A stretch of 64,000 nucleotides of DNA from Candidatus Latescibacterota bacterium (GTDB taxonomy: Bacteria > Latescibacterota > UBA2968), in NCBI GenBank assembly GCA_965205975.1, contig OZ242195.1, positions 4,064,001 through 4,128,000 on the forward strand, written 5' to 3'. The notes below the pieces were generated by a model. The model ran no database searches, was not told where the DNA came from, and worked only from the letters and a program-made list of their open reading frames with translations. Shown here piece after piece: positions 19,623-28,740 of this stretch (positions are counted from its first letter, which is position 1; every line of letters begins with the position of its first letter). The position numbers and the translations under genes were made by a program.

Positions 19623-19952
19623 ATGATGGCCGAAACCACCGAATCTCAAGCGACCACATCTGACGATAATACCCATTGGGGCATTGCGTATCTACGCGAA
19701 GACCTGCAAGACATACGCCTGCAGATGCGCGAAGACAGCAAAGAATTGCGCTTGCAGATGGTCGAAACAAATAAGCGCATTGACGAGACAAATAAGCGTA
19801 TTGACGAGACCAACCAGTCCCTGGGACAGCGCATTGACGAGACCAATAAACGCATTGATGACACGAATAAAATCCTTGAAACCCGTTTCATCTGGCTCAT
19901 CACGACCATGGTGGCCATAGCGGGCATTCTCATCGCCGTCATCAAACTGTAA
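19623..19952 (+). CDS. Coiled-coil protein with ETNKRID repeats and C-terminal TM anchor
   Basis: 21-bp tandem repeats at 19764-19871; hydrophobic C-terminus; CAGGAG RBS. Confidence 0.8.
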   Translation: MMAETTESQATTSDDNTHWGIAYLREDLQDIRLQMREDSKELRLQMVETNKRIDETNKRIDETNQSLGQRIDETNKRIDDTNKILETRFIWLITTMVAIAGILIAVIKL

Positions 19953-19961
19953 GACCTGCCC

Positions 19962-20549
19962 TTGTCCTCAAATAGTAATAACAGCCGTTTTCAGACCCGC
20001 GACGTAATCACCCTCTCCGGAGGACATGCGGTACACGACACATACAGCGGATTCTTACCCCCCTTACTCCCCATCTTCATACAAACCCTATCCCTATCCA
20101 AAACCGAAGCCAGCTTGTGGCTATCGGGCGCATCTCTTTCCGTACTGGAAGGCGCGGGCATTGGCGGCGCGCTAATCGGCGGATGGGTAAGCGACCGATG
20201 GGGGCGCAAACAAATCCTCGGCTTCTCCATGATCGCAACCCCCCTCCTCCTATTTGTCTTTCTCGAAACCCAGGGCTGGGCCTTATTTTCCATTTTAATC
20301 ATCCTGGGCTTTGTCGCCCTATCCACCGGTCCCGTAGTCATGGCAATGGTACAGGAAAGCTGTCCAGAAAACCGGGCATTTGCCAATGGCCTTTATATGG
20401 GTGCGGGATTCGCGCTTCGCGGCGTGGCCATGTTGCTCTTCGGCATCATGGCAGATGCATACAGCCTGCGCCGGGCTTTTGAAATCAGCGCGATCTTGAT
20501 GTTACTCGGCGTTGTGCTGGTATTTCGGATACCGGGTAGAAGCACCTGA
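19962..20549 (+). pseudogene. Internally deleted MFS transporter (Fsr-like)
   Basis: GH.V.D.Y..FLPPLLP N-terminus joined in frame to a C-terminal-half motif GGWVSDRWGRK; 195 aa versus ~400 expected. Confidence 0.7.
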
Positions 20550-20652
20550 TTTACGCGGCAAACCCAACCGCGCTCCCTCCCATTTCTCATCTGACCCAAT
20601 CGCGGCAAGGATGCCGCTCCTACCGCTTAATTTCTCACTTCACACTTCCCTC

Positions 20653-20695
20653 AAGTGTTCATTTTCGGACACTACTGTATCAAAATCGGACACTT
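20653..20695 (+). promoter_or_regulatory. Candidate enhancer (bEBP UAS), copy 1
   Basis: 43/43 identical to 43525-43567; two TGT-N-CGGACA imperfect palindromes. Confidence 0.75.
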
Positions 20696-20757
20696 CCTAA
20701 ACTGCCAATTTCAAGCAAATTCTCATAACTCCTTGTTATTTCATTATTTGAATCTTT

Positions 20758-20773
20758 TGGCACGATTATTGCA
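20758..20773 (+). promoter_or_regulatory. Sigma54 -24/-12 promoter
   Basis: TGGCACGATTATTGCA (GG-N10-GC). Confidence 0.85.
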
Positions 20774-20819
20774 GTAAAATCGGGACAAAGAACACGCGAC
20801 GACATCCAGGGAGAACAAA

Positions 20820-23183
20820 ATGTTCCGCAATTATCTGACCGTAGCGTACCGCAACCTCGTCCGTTACAAAGTGTATTCTGCGATCAACATCACTGGCCTG
20901 GCAATCGGCATTGCGTTTTGCATCTTAACCTTCCTTTACATACGACATGAATGGTCCTTTGACGCATTCCACGAAAAAGCAGATCGAATTTATCGCGTTT
21001 ACAATAGAGGAGAAGTGGGAGAAGGCGGCGATGCCTCGGCTGCTATGCCGGGTCCTCTCGGTCCAAAGTTGGCAGAAGCATTCCCCACACAAATGCAACA
21101 TGTCGTGAGAATTAACACCACTTCTCGCACACTCCAATACGGCGACCATGCATCTCAAGAGCGCGTTATTTACGTCGATCCGGGCTTCTGGGACATCTTT
21201 TCATTTCCCCTCGTGAAAGGTGACTCCGCAACAGCACTGAATGGCAAAGATGCCATTGTTATATCAGAAACAGCCGCTCAAAAATTCTTCGGCAACACCG
21301 ACCCAATGGGGAAAACGGTCTCTTTCACCGGAAACTCAAAAATCCACCAAGCTCTAATCACGGGCATCGTGAAAGACATCCCCGAAACATCCAGCATTCA
21401 ATTCGACTGCATCCAGTCCTATGGGAATGTCGAAGACGCGCTCAACTCGTGGAACTACACAGGTAACACCAGCACCTACGTCTTGCTCCACAATCAGGCT
21501 CGCCCCGAAGACATAGAAAAATTATTTCCGCGTTTTATAAACTGGTCGTGGCCCATCATCGGGGAAAACCAGGAACTGAAATTGCAGCCCCTTGCCGATG
21601 TGCATTTCAGTCCAGAGATCCGCGCACCCGAACCCGCCACTGACCCGGCATACAGCTACATCCTGTTGTGCATTACAGCCCTGGTCCTCTTTGTCGCCTG
21701 CGTGAACTTTATGACCCTCGCACTGGGACGGTCAGCCTCTCGGGCGCGGGAAATCGGCATCCGCAAAGTCGTTGGCGCACACAAGCCCCAGGTCATCGTG
21801 CAATTCCTCACAGAATCCGTACTCTTAAGCCTCATAGCATTTGTAATCGGACTCGCACTATCAGAACTTTTAATGCCATTGTTCAACAACCTCATGGCGC
21901 AAAAACTATCCATAGTTGCACATCTGGATAGCCTGGCATTTGCCTCACTCATGGGTCTAACTCTAATCGTCGGCCTCCTCGCAGGTACCTATCCAGCCTT
22001 TGTCCTGTCCGGCTTTATGCCAATTCAGGTACTCAAAGGCAGATTGAAAATTGTCAGCGCGGGACTTTTCAGCCAGTTTCTCGTAATCTTCCAGATCGCG
22101 ATGTCTGCGGTCCTGGTCATCAGTGCCCTCATTATGACCTCTCAACTCGACTATTTGCGGACCAAACCCCTGGGATTTGACAGCGAACACCTAATTGCCG
22201 TAAGCCGCCTCAGCAAGCTGCGAGATCTGGGACCAAAAGGCATTGAAACCTATCGGGACGCCCTCTTATCCCATCACGCAATTCTCGGTGTAACCCAAAT
22301 ATATCACATGATGCGCAATGGATACCAGTCGCGCGGGGCTGTGGTACATGAAGGAACAACCTTAAAAGGCGTGGAGATATTCTTCGTCGATTACGACTTT
22401 GTACCAACCCTCGACATCAAATTGATCGAAGGCCGAAATTATTCACGGGACCTTGTGACAGACCCTGCTAAGTCTGTAATCATCAACCAAACCCTGGCCA
22501 AACAACTGGGACCGGGACCACCGCTCGGAAAAACACTGAAATTTTTTGATGATATGACAGTAATCGGCGTAGTAAACGATTTTCATTTTCGCTCTCTCCA
22601 CCACAAAATTGGTCCCGCACTCCTGAAATGCAATCCAGAACATCAATTTAGCCGATTGCTGGTTCGGGTGCGTGCCAACGATATCCCCGGCACACTGTCA
22701 TTTATGGAAGCGCAATGGGAAGCCGTAACACAGTCCTCTGGATTCCGCTATTCATTTCTCGATGAAGGCATTGATCGCCAATACCGAACCGAAGAGCGCT
22801 GGCATCGCATGATCGGATACGGAACCCTGTTTGCCATTTTTATCGCGTGCCTGGGCGCATTTGGATTGACAGCACTCGCCGTGACCCGGCGCACCAAAGA
22901 GATCGGCATTCGCAAAATATTGGGTGCCAGCGTCACAAACGTGGTGCGTTTGCTATCGCGCGAATTCGTTCTGTTGGTCGGCATAGCAAATGTACTCGCC
23001 TGGCCAGTCGCCTATTGGGCAATGAGCAAATGGCTATCGGACTTCGCGTATCGAATTAAACTGGGCATCGGAGCATTCGCGCTGGGCGGTGTATTGACAC
23101 TCTTAGTCGTAATCGGAACAGTGAGCCTGCAAGCCGTGAAAGCGGCAAAGATGAACCCCGTGGAGGCATTGCGATATGAATAA
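20820..23183 (+). CDS. ABC transporter permease (duplicated MacB-PCD/FtsX), paralogue 1
   Basis: NY...A.RNL, INI.GLAIG, ACVNF..L, REIGIRKVVGA, RTKEIGIRKILGA, NPVEALRYE. Confidence 0.95.
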   Translation: MFRNYLTVAYRNLVRYKVYSAINITGLAIGIAFCILTFLYIRHEWSFDAFHEKADRIYRVYNRGEVGEGGDASAAMPGPLGPKLAEAFPTQMQHVVRINTTSRTLQYGDHASQERVIYVDPGFWDIFSFPLVKGDSATALNGKDAIVISETAAQKFFGNTDPMGKTVSFTGNSKIHQALITGIVKDIPETSSIQFDCIQSYGNVEDALNSWNYTGNTSTYVLLHNQARPEDIEKLFPRFINWSWPIIGENQELKLQPLADVHFSPEIRAPEPATDPAYSYILLCITALVLFVACVNFMTLALGRSASRAREIGIRKVVGAHKPQVIVQFLTESVLLSLIAFVIGLALSELLMPLFNNLMAQKLSIVAHLDSLAFASLMGLTLIVGLLAGTYPAFVLSGFMPIQVLKGRLKIVSAGLFSQFLVIFQIAMSAVLVISALIMTSQLDYLRTKPLGFDSEHLIAVSRLSKLRDLGPKGIETYRDALLSHHAILGVTQIYHMMRNGYQSRGAVVHEGTTLKGVEIFFVDYDFVPTLDIKLIEGRNYSRDLVTDPAKSVIINQTLAKQLGPGPPLGKTLKFFDDMTVIGVVNDFHFRSLHHKIGPALLKCNPEHQFSRLLVRVRANDIPGTLSFMEAQWEAVTQSSGFRYSFLDEGIDRQYRTEERWHRMIGYGTLFAIFIACLGAFGLTALAVTRRTKEIGIRKILGASVTNVVRLLSREFVLLVGIANVLAWPVAYWAMSKWLSDFAYRIKLGIGAFALGGVLTLLVVIGTVSLQAVKAAKMNPVEALRYE

Positions 23184-23757
23184 ACGATCAGACATAGAAA
23201 ACGATGTGCAATTGATCCACATGATAAAAGCCGGCGACGAAAGCGCGTTTGGCAAACTCTACTATCTGCACCAGAATCGCGTGCGCGCCATTGTCGGGCG
23301 ATATGTGCAAGACCGCGAGGAAGCCGATGACTTGATGCAGGTGGTATTCATGAAAGTCTTTCAGAGCCTGCGCCATTTTCGCGGCGACTCGGCATTCACA
23401 ACCTGGCTAACGCGCATTGCCTTCAACGTCGGACGTTCACACCTTCGGTCTCGACTATCCCGAAAAAACGGCCTAGAAACAGCAGCGCGACAAATGCCCG
23501 AACCAATTACTCTCACAACGCCAGAAGATAGCGTCATAAAAAAGGAACGCCATCAACTCTTAGCACAGGGCATGCGCACATTGCCCAAAGTGCAACAACG
23601 CGCAATGTGGCTCCGCTACATAAAAGAACTGTCCTACCGCGAAATCGTATGGGAGATGCAAGCCCCCCTCGGCACCGTGAAAATCTGGCTCTACCGAGGG
23701 CGTCACCAGCTAAAACGCGCATTGGAAAAACAAGAGGCCGGAGGCTGGGCGGGCTGA
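23176..23757 (+). CDS. ECF RNA polymerase sigma factor embedded in the permease array
   Basis: AFGKLY, FRGDSAFTTWLTRIA, LSYREI...P.GTVK.WLYRG; overlaps the stop of permease 1. Confidence 0.92.
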   Translation: MNKRSDIENDVQLIHMIKAGDESAFGKLYYLHQNRVRAIVGRYVQDREEADDLMQVVFMKVFQSLRHFRGDSAFTTWLTRIAFNVGRSHLRSRLSRKNGLETAARQMPEPITLTTPEDSVIKKERHQLLAQGMRTLPKVQQRAMWLRYIKELSYREIVWEMQAPLGTVKIWLYRGRHQLKRALEKQEAGGWAG

Positions 23758-23786
23758 GTACTGGGGACGGCACAGGAGATAAGACC

Positions 23787-26291
23787 ATGATCAAAAATTA
23801 TCTAACCGTTGCGATCCGCAATCTGATGCGGCACAAATTGTACACATCCATCAATGTACTGGGCCTTGCCATCGGCCTGGCGTGTGGCATCTTGATCCTG
23901 TTGTATATCCAGCAGGAATTTGCAGTAAATCGCTCCCACACACTGGGCGACCGCATTTACAAAGTAATTCGAGAAGAGCGCAGCAGCACACAAACAACTT
24001 ACAGTAGCGGCACATCAGGCGCACTCGGACCTGTGCTAAAAGAAACATTTCCTGAAGTAGAAACAACGGTGCGTATCTGGCGGTGGACCGTATCTGCACA
24101 ATACGGCGAACGCCAGGGTCGATACTCCTTTGCACTGACAGATGACAACTTTTTGGACGTATTTGATTTTCCCCTCATAAAAGGCGACCCAGAAACCGCG
24201 TTTCGCACACCCTACTCTGTGGTCATTACCGACGACATGGCGCAACACTTGTTTGGCGATACGGACCCAATGGGCAAAACAGTTTCAATCGATAATCGCA
24301 GTTTTCCGGGCGAATACACAGTAACGGGCATCGTAAAAGCACCACATCTCTCATCAGGCTTTTATTTTCAAATACTCTCAACCACAATACCCCCCGTAGA
24401 AGAAACGCAAGAGGTGTGGACAATGTGGCGACCCACGCAATCCTGGCGTCCGGTAAACACCTATGTGCTATTAAAAGTGGGACAAAACGCAGAAAGCCTA
24501 CAAGCGAAAATGCAGTCGCTGATCAAACAGTATATGGGGGATGAAGTTACTGCTCAACATAAGTCCCATTGGCCTCATTATCCCCTTCAGCCGTTGATCA
24601 AGCAGCATATGGAAGATGAAGTTGCAGCAAAAAACGCCTATCACCTACAGCCCCTGCATCGCGTGTACCTGTATGGCGAATCCGATTTTAACCCAACTGC
24701 CGACAGCCCCGTGCAACACATTTACATGCTGGCAGCTATTGGGCTGATCCTCGTGGTCATTGCCTGCGTGAACTTTACAAATCTGGCAACTGCACGCGCT
24801 GTCACCCGCAAGCGCGAAGTCGGCGTGCGAAAAGTCGTTGGCGCGCATCGTCCACAACTGATGGTCCAGTTTTTGAGCGAATCCCTGCTTTTAACCTGTT
24901 CCGCCCTGCTGATTGCCCTCGCACTGGTCGAGCTATGCCTGCCCTTATTCAACCAATTCGTGCGCGGCGATCTACACCTCAACGCGGCTACAGTAATAAT
25001 AGGTACACCGGCAGTACTGGCACTAACAGTGTTGGTCGGACTGCTGGCGGGATGGTATCCAGCGTTTTTCCTCTCATCCTTTCGCCCGGTAACAGCATTA
25101 AAAAGCAGCGCGTCTTCCTCCCCGGGTTCCACAGGACTGAAGAAAGGACTCGTAGTATTTCAGTTCGGCATGTCTATCTTGCTGGTGATCTGTACCCTAA
25201 TAGTTTATCAGCAACTGAAATTTATAGAAACCAAAGACATGGGCTTTGCACGCGATCACATTGTGAGTTTACCCATTTTTGTCCCTGACTTTTCCGGAGA
25301 GCCAAACCCACAAAAACGCCTTTCAGCACGCCACCAAATGGTCAAACAGGTCTTTCTCGAACACCCCAATATCCTCAGCGCATCGGCTCTGCGATACGAA
25401 ATCACGGGATACAGCGGACGACTGCGACTCGCCTGGCCCGATGGGGACCGAACAAAAGAACAGACATTTCGCATAAACGAAGTTGATGATTCATTCTTTG
25501 AAACATTTGAAATCCCCGTGCTTCGCGGTCGTGCCTTTTCAGCCGATGTTGCCAGCGATACATCTCAGGCAATTATCTTAAACGAAACAGCCGTGCGACT
25601 CCTCGGCTGGGAGGAAGATCCGATTGGCAAACAGATTGTGTTACCAGCATACGACAACCTATCCTTGACCGTAATTGGGGTCGTAAAAGACTACCACAAT
25701 TTGACGCTCCGAGAAGAAATCGCCCCTATGGGATTTTTGGCCCGCTGGAAGATGTTTTATTCCCTGACTTTACGCATCCGACCAGAAAACACCGCGCAAA
25801 CCCTGTCCTTCCTCGAAACGCAGTGGAAACGCTTTGTGCCGGACGCACCCTTTGAATATCACTTCCTGGACGAACTCATAGATTGGATCTATTTCAACGA
25901 GCAACTCACCGGCAAAATGCTCGGCGTGTTCTCACTACTGGCAATTTTTGTAGCGTGTTTGGGACTGTTCGGACTGGCCGCATTTATGGTTCAATCTCGC
26001 ACCAAAGAAATTGGCGTGCGGAAGGTACTGGGCGCATCCACATCGCATCTGGTCATGCTACTCTCGCGCGAATTTATATTTCTCGTTCTTCTCGCCAATC
26101 TCATCGCCTGGCCAACCGCCTACTATCTGATGCGCGACTGGCTCTCCGGGTTTGCCTATCAGACAGACCTGAATGTCTTGCCATTTGTTGCAAGCGCGAT
26201 AATGGCTCTGATCATCGCCTTTGGAACCGTGAGCCTGCAGGCCATTCGCGCAGCGCGATCCAATCCCATTGACGCCTTGCGGTATGAGTAA
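23787..26291 (+). CDS. ABC transporter permease, paralogue 2
   Basis: Same motif set; CAGGAG RBS; internal 75-bp duplication at 24513-24635. Confidence 0.95.
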   Translation: MIKNYLTVAIRNLMRHKLYTSINVLGLAIGLACGILILLYIQQEFAVNRSHTLGDRIYKVIREERSSTQTTYSSGTSGALGPVLKETFPEVETTVRIWRWTVSAQYGERQGRYSFALTDDNFLDVFDFPLIKGDPETAFRTPYSVVITDDMAQHLFGDTDPMGKTVSIDNRSFPGEYTVTGIVKAPHLSSGFYFQILSTTIPPVEETQEVWTMWRPTQSWRPVNTYVLLKVGQNAESLQAKMQSLIKQYMGDEVTAQHKSHWPHYPLQPLIKQHMEDEVAAKNAYHLQPLHRVYLYGESDFNPTADSPVQHIYMLAAIGLILVVIACVNFTNLATARAVTRKREVGVRKVVGAHRPQLMVQFLSESLLLTCSALLIALALVELCLPLFNQFVRGDLHLNAATVIIGTPAVLALTVLVGLLAGWYPAFFLSSFRPVTALKSSASSSPGSTGLKKGLVVFQFGMSILLVICTLIVYQQLKFIETKDMGFARDHIVSLPIFVPDFSGEPNPQKRLSARHQMVKQVFLEHPNILSASALRYEITGYSGRLRLAWPDGDRTKEQTFRINEVDDSFFETFEIPVLRGRAFSADVASDTSQAIILNETAVRLLGWEEDPIGKQIVLPAYDNLSLTVIGVVKDYHNLTLREEIAPMGFLARWKMFYSLTLRIRPENTAQTLSFLETQWKRFVPDAPFEYHFLDELIDWIYFNEQLTGKMLGVFSLLAIFVACLGLFGLAAFMVQSRTKEIGVRKVLGASTSHLVMLLSREFIFLVLLANLIAWPTAYYLMRDWLSGFAYQTDLNVLPFVASAIMALIIAFGTVSLQAIRAARSNPIDALRYE

Positions 26292-26317
26292 TCAATTCCT
26301 ATGTAAAGGAGAAACCA

Positions 26318-28717
26318 ATGTTCGGTGAAATATCTCTACTCAGCAGCTATCTGAAAACGGCGATCCGCAACCTCGCCAGGTATCGCATTTACTCCGCCAT
26401 CAACATCATCGGCATTGCCATCGGCCTCGCCTTTTGCATCCTCACCTTCCTCTTTGTCCACCACGAATGGACATACGACACCTTTCACAAAAACGCCGAC
26501 CACATCTACCGGATTACAGCAAAAGAAAAAGGTCCTTTTGGTGATCGTATGATTGGTGGGGTGCCACACGCTCTCGGTCCTGCAATCAGCGAAACATTCC
26601 CCAACATACAGACTGTTCGTTTCAGCAATGACAGCGGGGATGTGAGTATAGAAGATCGCACTTTTCGACCGCTCCTGGGTTTTGTTGATCCCAACTTCCT
26701 CGACATTTTTTCTTTCCCACTCATTCATGGCGACCCTGCGAATGCCCTTAAAGACAAATATTCTGCACTGATTACAGAAGAAGCAGCACAGAAGTATTTC
26801 AACAAAGCCAACCCGGTCGGAGAACCACTTCCAATTCAGCGGGAAAAGGAAATTCACAACTACACCATCACGGGCATCCTAAAAGACGTACCCAAAAACT
26901 CCACGCTTGAATTTGAAGTGCTACTGCCTTATGAACAGTTAGAAGCTGAGATAGAAGCTATGCAGAGGCAGTATAACTACACCTCTTTACAGGATACGTA
27001 TATACTGCTCCCCCCGGATGTACACCCCAATAGTATCGAACAACAATCTACCAAATGGATCAAAAACTGGTGGAGCGAAAGCAGAGGCGAAGAGAGACAA
27101 CTCAAACTCCTCCCTATCACCCAGATGCACTTCAACCAGAACTTGCAGGAATACAACATCAGTAATCCAGTTTATTCATACATATTATCGGGCATTGCAA
27201 TCCTCGTCCTGTTTATCGCCTGCGTCAACTTCACAACCTTAACCCTCGGACGGCAGGCAACCCGGGCGCGAGAAGTCGGCTTGCGAAAAGTCGTCGGCGC
27301 AAAGTGCTCGCAGATTGCAAACCAATTTATCGGGGAATCACTCTTACTCATCCTCATCGCGCTTATCGCTGGCATTGCCATAGCAGAACTCGCCTTGCCA
27401 ACGTTCAACAACTTAGTCGGACTAACCTTAGTCGGAAAATCCCTGTCCATGAGCGATGGCCTCAATCTCACAACACTCGCCTTTCTCATTCTGCTTGTCA
27501 TCCTCGTCGGCATCACAGCAGGTGGGTATCCCGCCTTTATCTTATCCCGATTGCAGCCGACCCAAATCATAGCGAGCAGATTGCAAATGAAAACCGGCAA
27601 TCGTTTTGGCAATGTATTGATCATTTTTCAATTTGCCCTGTCCATATTTCTCATCATCACCACCCTGATGATGGGCAAACAACTCACATTTTTGCGAACC
27701 CAACCTTTGGGGTATCAAACCGAAAACATTATTACTATATCGACCTATCCTCTGGAAGAAGAAAGCAAAACCTTATCAACTGTTTTTCGGGATGCCCTAC
27801 AGTCTCACCATGCAGTAGTCAGCGCGACCTGGATGGATTACAGTCTAACTAATAACACCGGGCGTAGTATGAGCTATCGAAGTTATAAAGGAAGTCCAGA
27901 GTACCGCGTTGAAAACATTGGAATTGATTACGACTTTTTCAAAACACTCGGCATAAAACTCGTTGCGGGTCGAGAATTCTCCAGAGAATTTCCATCTGAT
28001 GAAAAAAAATCGATCATTGTCAACGAAGCATTCGTCGAAAAATTCGGCATAGAAGACCCCATTGGCAAAACAATCCAATATGGCGCATACAACAAGGCTA
28101 TCATCGGCGTTGTTCGCAACTTCCACTTTCTTTCCCTGCACCATAAAATAGAACCCGCTACTATGATCCTCCAGGCATGGACTAACAAATTGTATGTTCG
28201 CATCCGTCCCGAGGATATGCCTGGCACCATTGCATTTATCAAAGAACAGTGGGAAAAAGTCGCACCTCATCACGCATTCAGATTTTCGTTTCTCGATGAA
28301 AACATCGACAAACAATACAAAAAAGAAGAACGCTGGAACCTCATGATCCAATACGCCACAGGATTCGCCATCTTCATCGCTGCACTCGGCGCATTTGGAC
28401 TGGCGGCTCTCGCCACAACCAGACGCACCAAAGAAATCGGCATTCGCAAAGTCCTGGGCGCATCCCAAACGCAAATCCTATCCCTGCTCTCACGAGAATT
28501 TGTCCTCTACATCGCCCTATCAAGCCTCATCGCATTCCCCATCGCCTATTACGCGACCAATCAATGGTTACAAACCTTCGCCTACCGCACCGAATTGGGT
28601 ATTGGCACCTTCTTACTCGGCAGCCTTATCTTGTTCTTCATCGTACTCACAACCATCACGACCCAGACCCTCAAAGCCGCACACGCAAATCCGGCAGACG
28701 CTTTGAGAGATGAATAG
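26318..28717 (+). CDS. ABC transporter permease, paralogue 3
   Basis: Same motif set; ends NPADALRDE. Confidence 0.95.
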   Translation: MFGEISLLSSYLKTAIRNLARYRIYSAINIIGIAIGLAFCILTFLFVHHEWTYDTFHKNADHIYRITAKEKGPFGDRMIGGVPHALGPAISETFPNIQTVRFSNDSGDVSIEDRTFRPLLGFVDPNFLDIFSFPLIHGDPANALKDKYSALITEEAAQKYFNKANPVGEPLPIQREKEIHNYTITGILKDVPKNSTLEFEVLLPYEQLEAEIEAMQRQYNYTSLQDTYILLPPDVHPNSIEQQSTKWIKNWWSESRGEERQLKLLPITQMHFNQNLQEYNISNPVYSYILSGIAILVLFIACVNFTTLTLGRQATRAREVGLRKVVGAKCSQIANQFIGESLLLILIALIAGIAIAELALPTFNNLVGLTLVGKSLSMSDGLNLTTLAFLILLVILVGITAGGYPAFILSRLQPTQIIASRLQMKTGNRFGNVLIIFQFALSIFLIITTLMMGKQLTFLRTQPLGYQTENIITISTYPLEEESKTLSTVFRDALQSHHAVVSATWMDYSLTNNTGRSMSYRSYKGSPEYRVENIGIDYDFFKTLGIKLVAGREFSREFPSDEKKSIIVNEAFVEKFGIEDPIGKTIQYGAYNKAIIGVVRNFHFLSLHHKIEPATMILQAWTNKLYVRIRPEDMPGTIAFIKEQWEKVAPHHAFRFSFLDENIDKQYKKEERWNLMIQYATGFAIFIAALGAFGLAALATTRRTKEIGIRKVLGASQTQILSLLSREFVLYIALSSLIAFPIAYYATNQWLQTFAYRTELGIGTFLLGSLILFFIVLTTITTQTLKAAHANPADALRDE

Positions 28718-28740
28718 AGAATAATGACAGGAATCTTCCC

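Noticed and set aside
19764..19871. CRISPR or non-coding repeat
   Set aside because: In-frame coding heptad repeats with synonymous variation.
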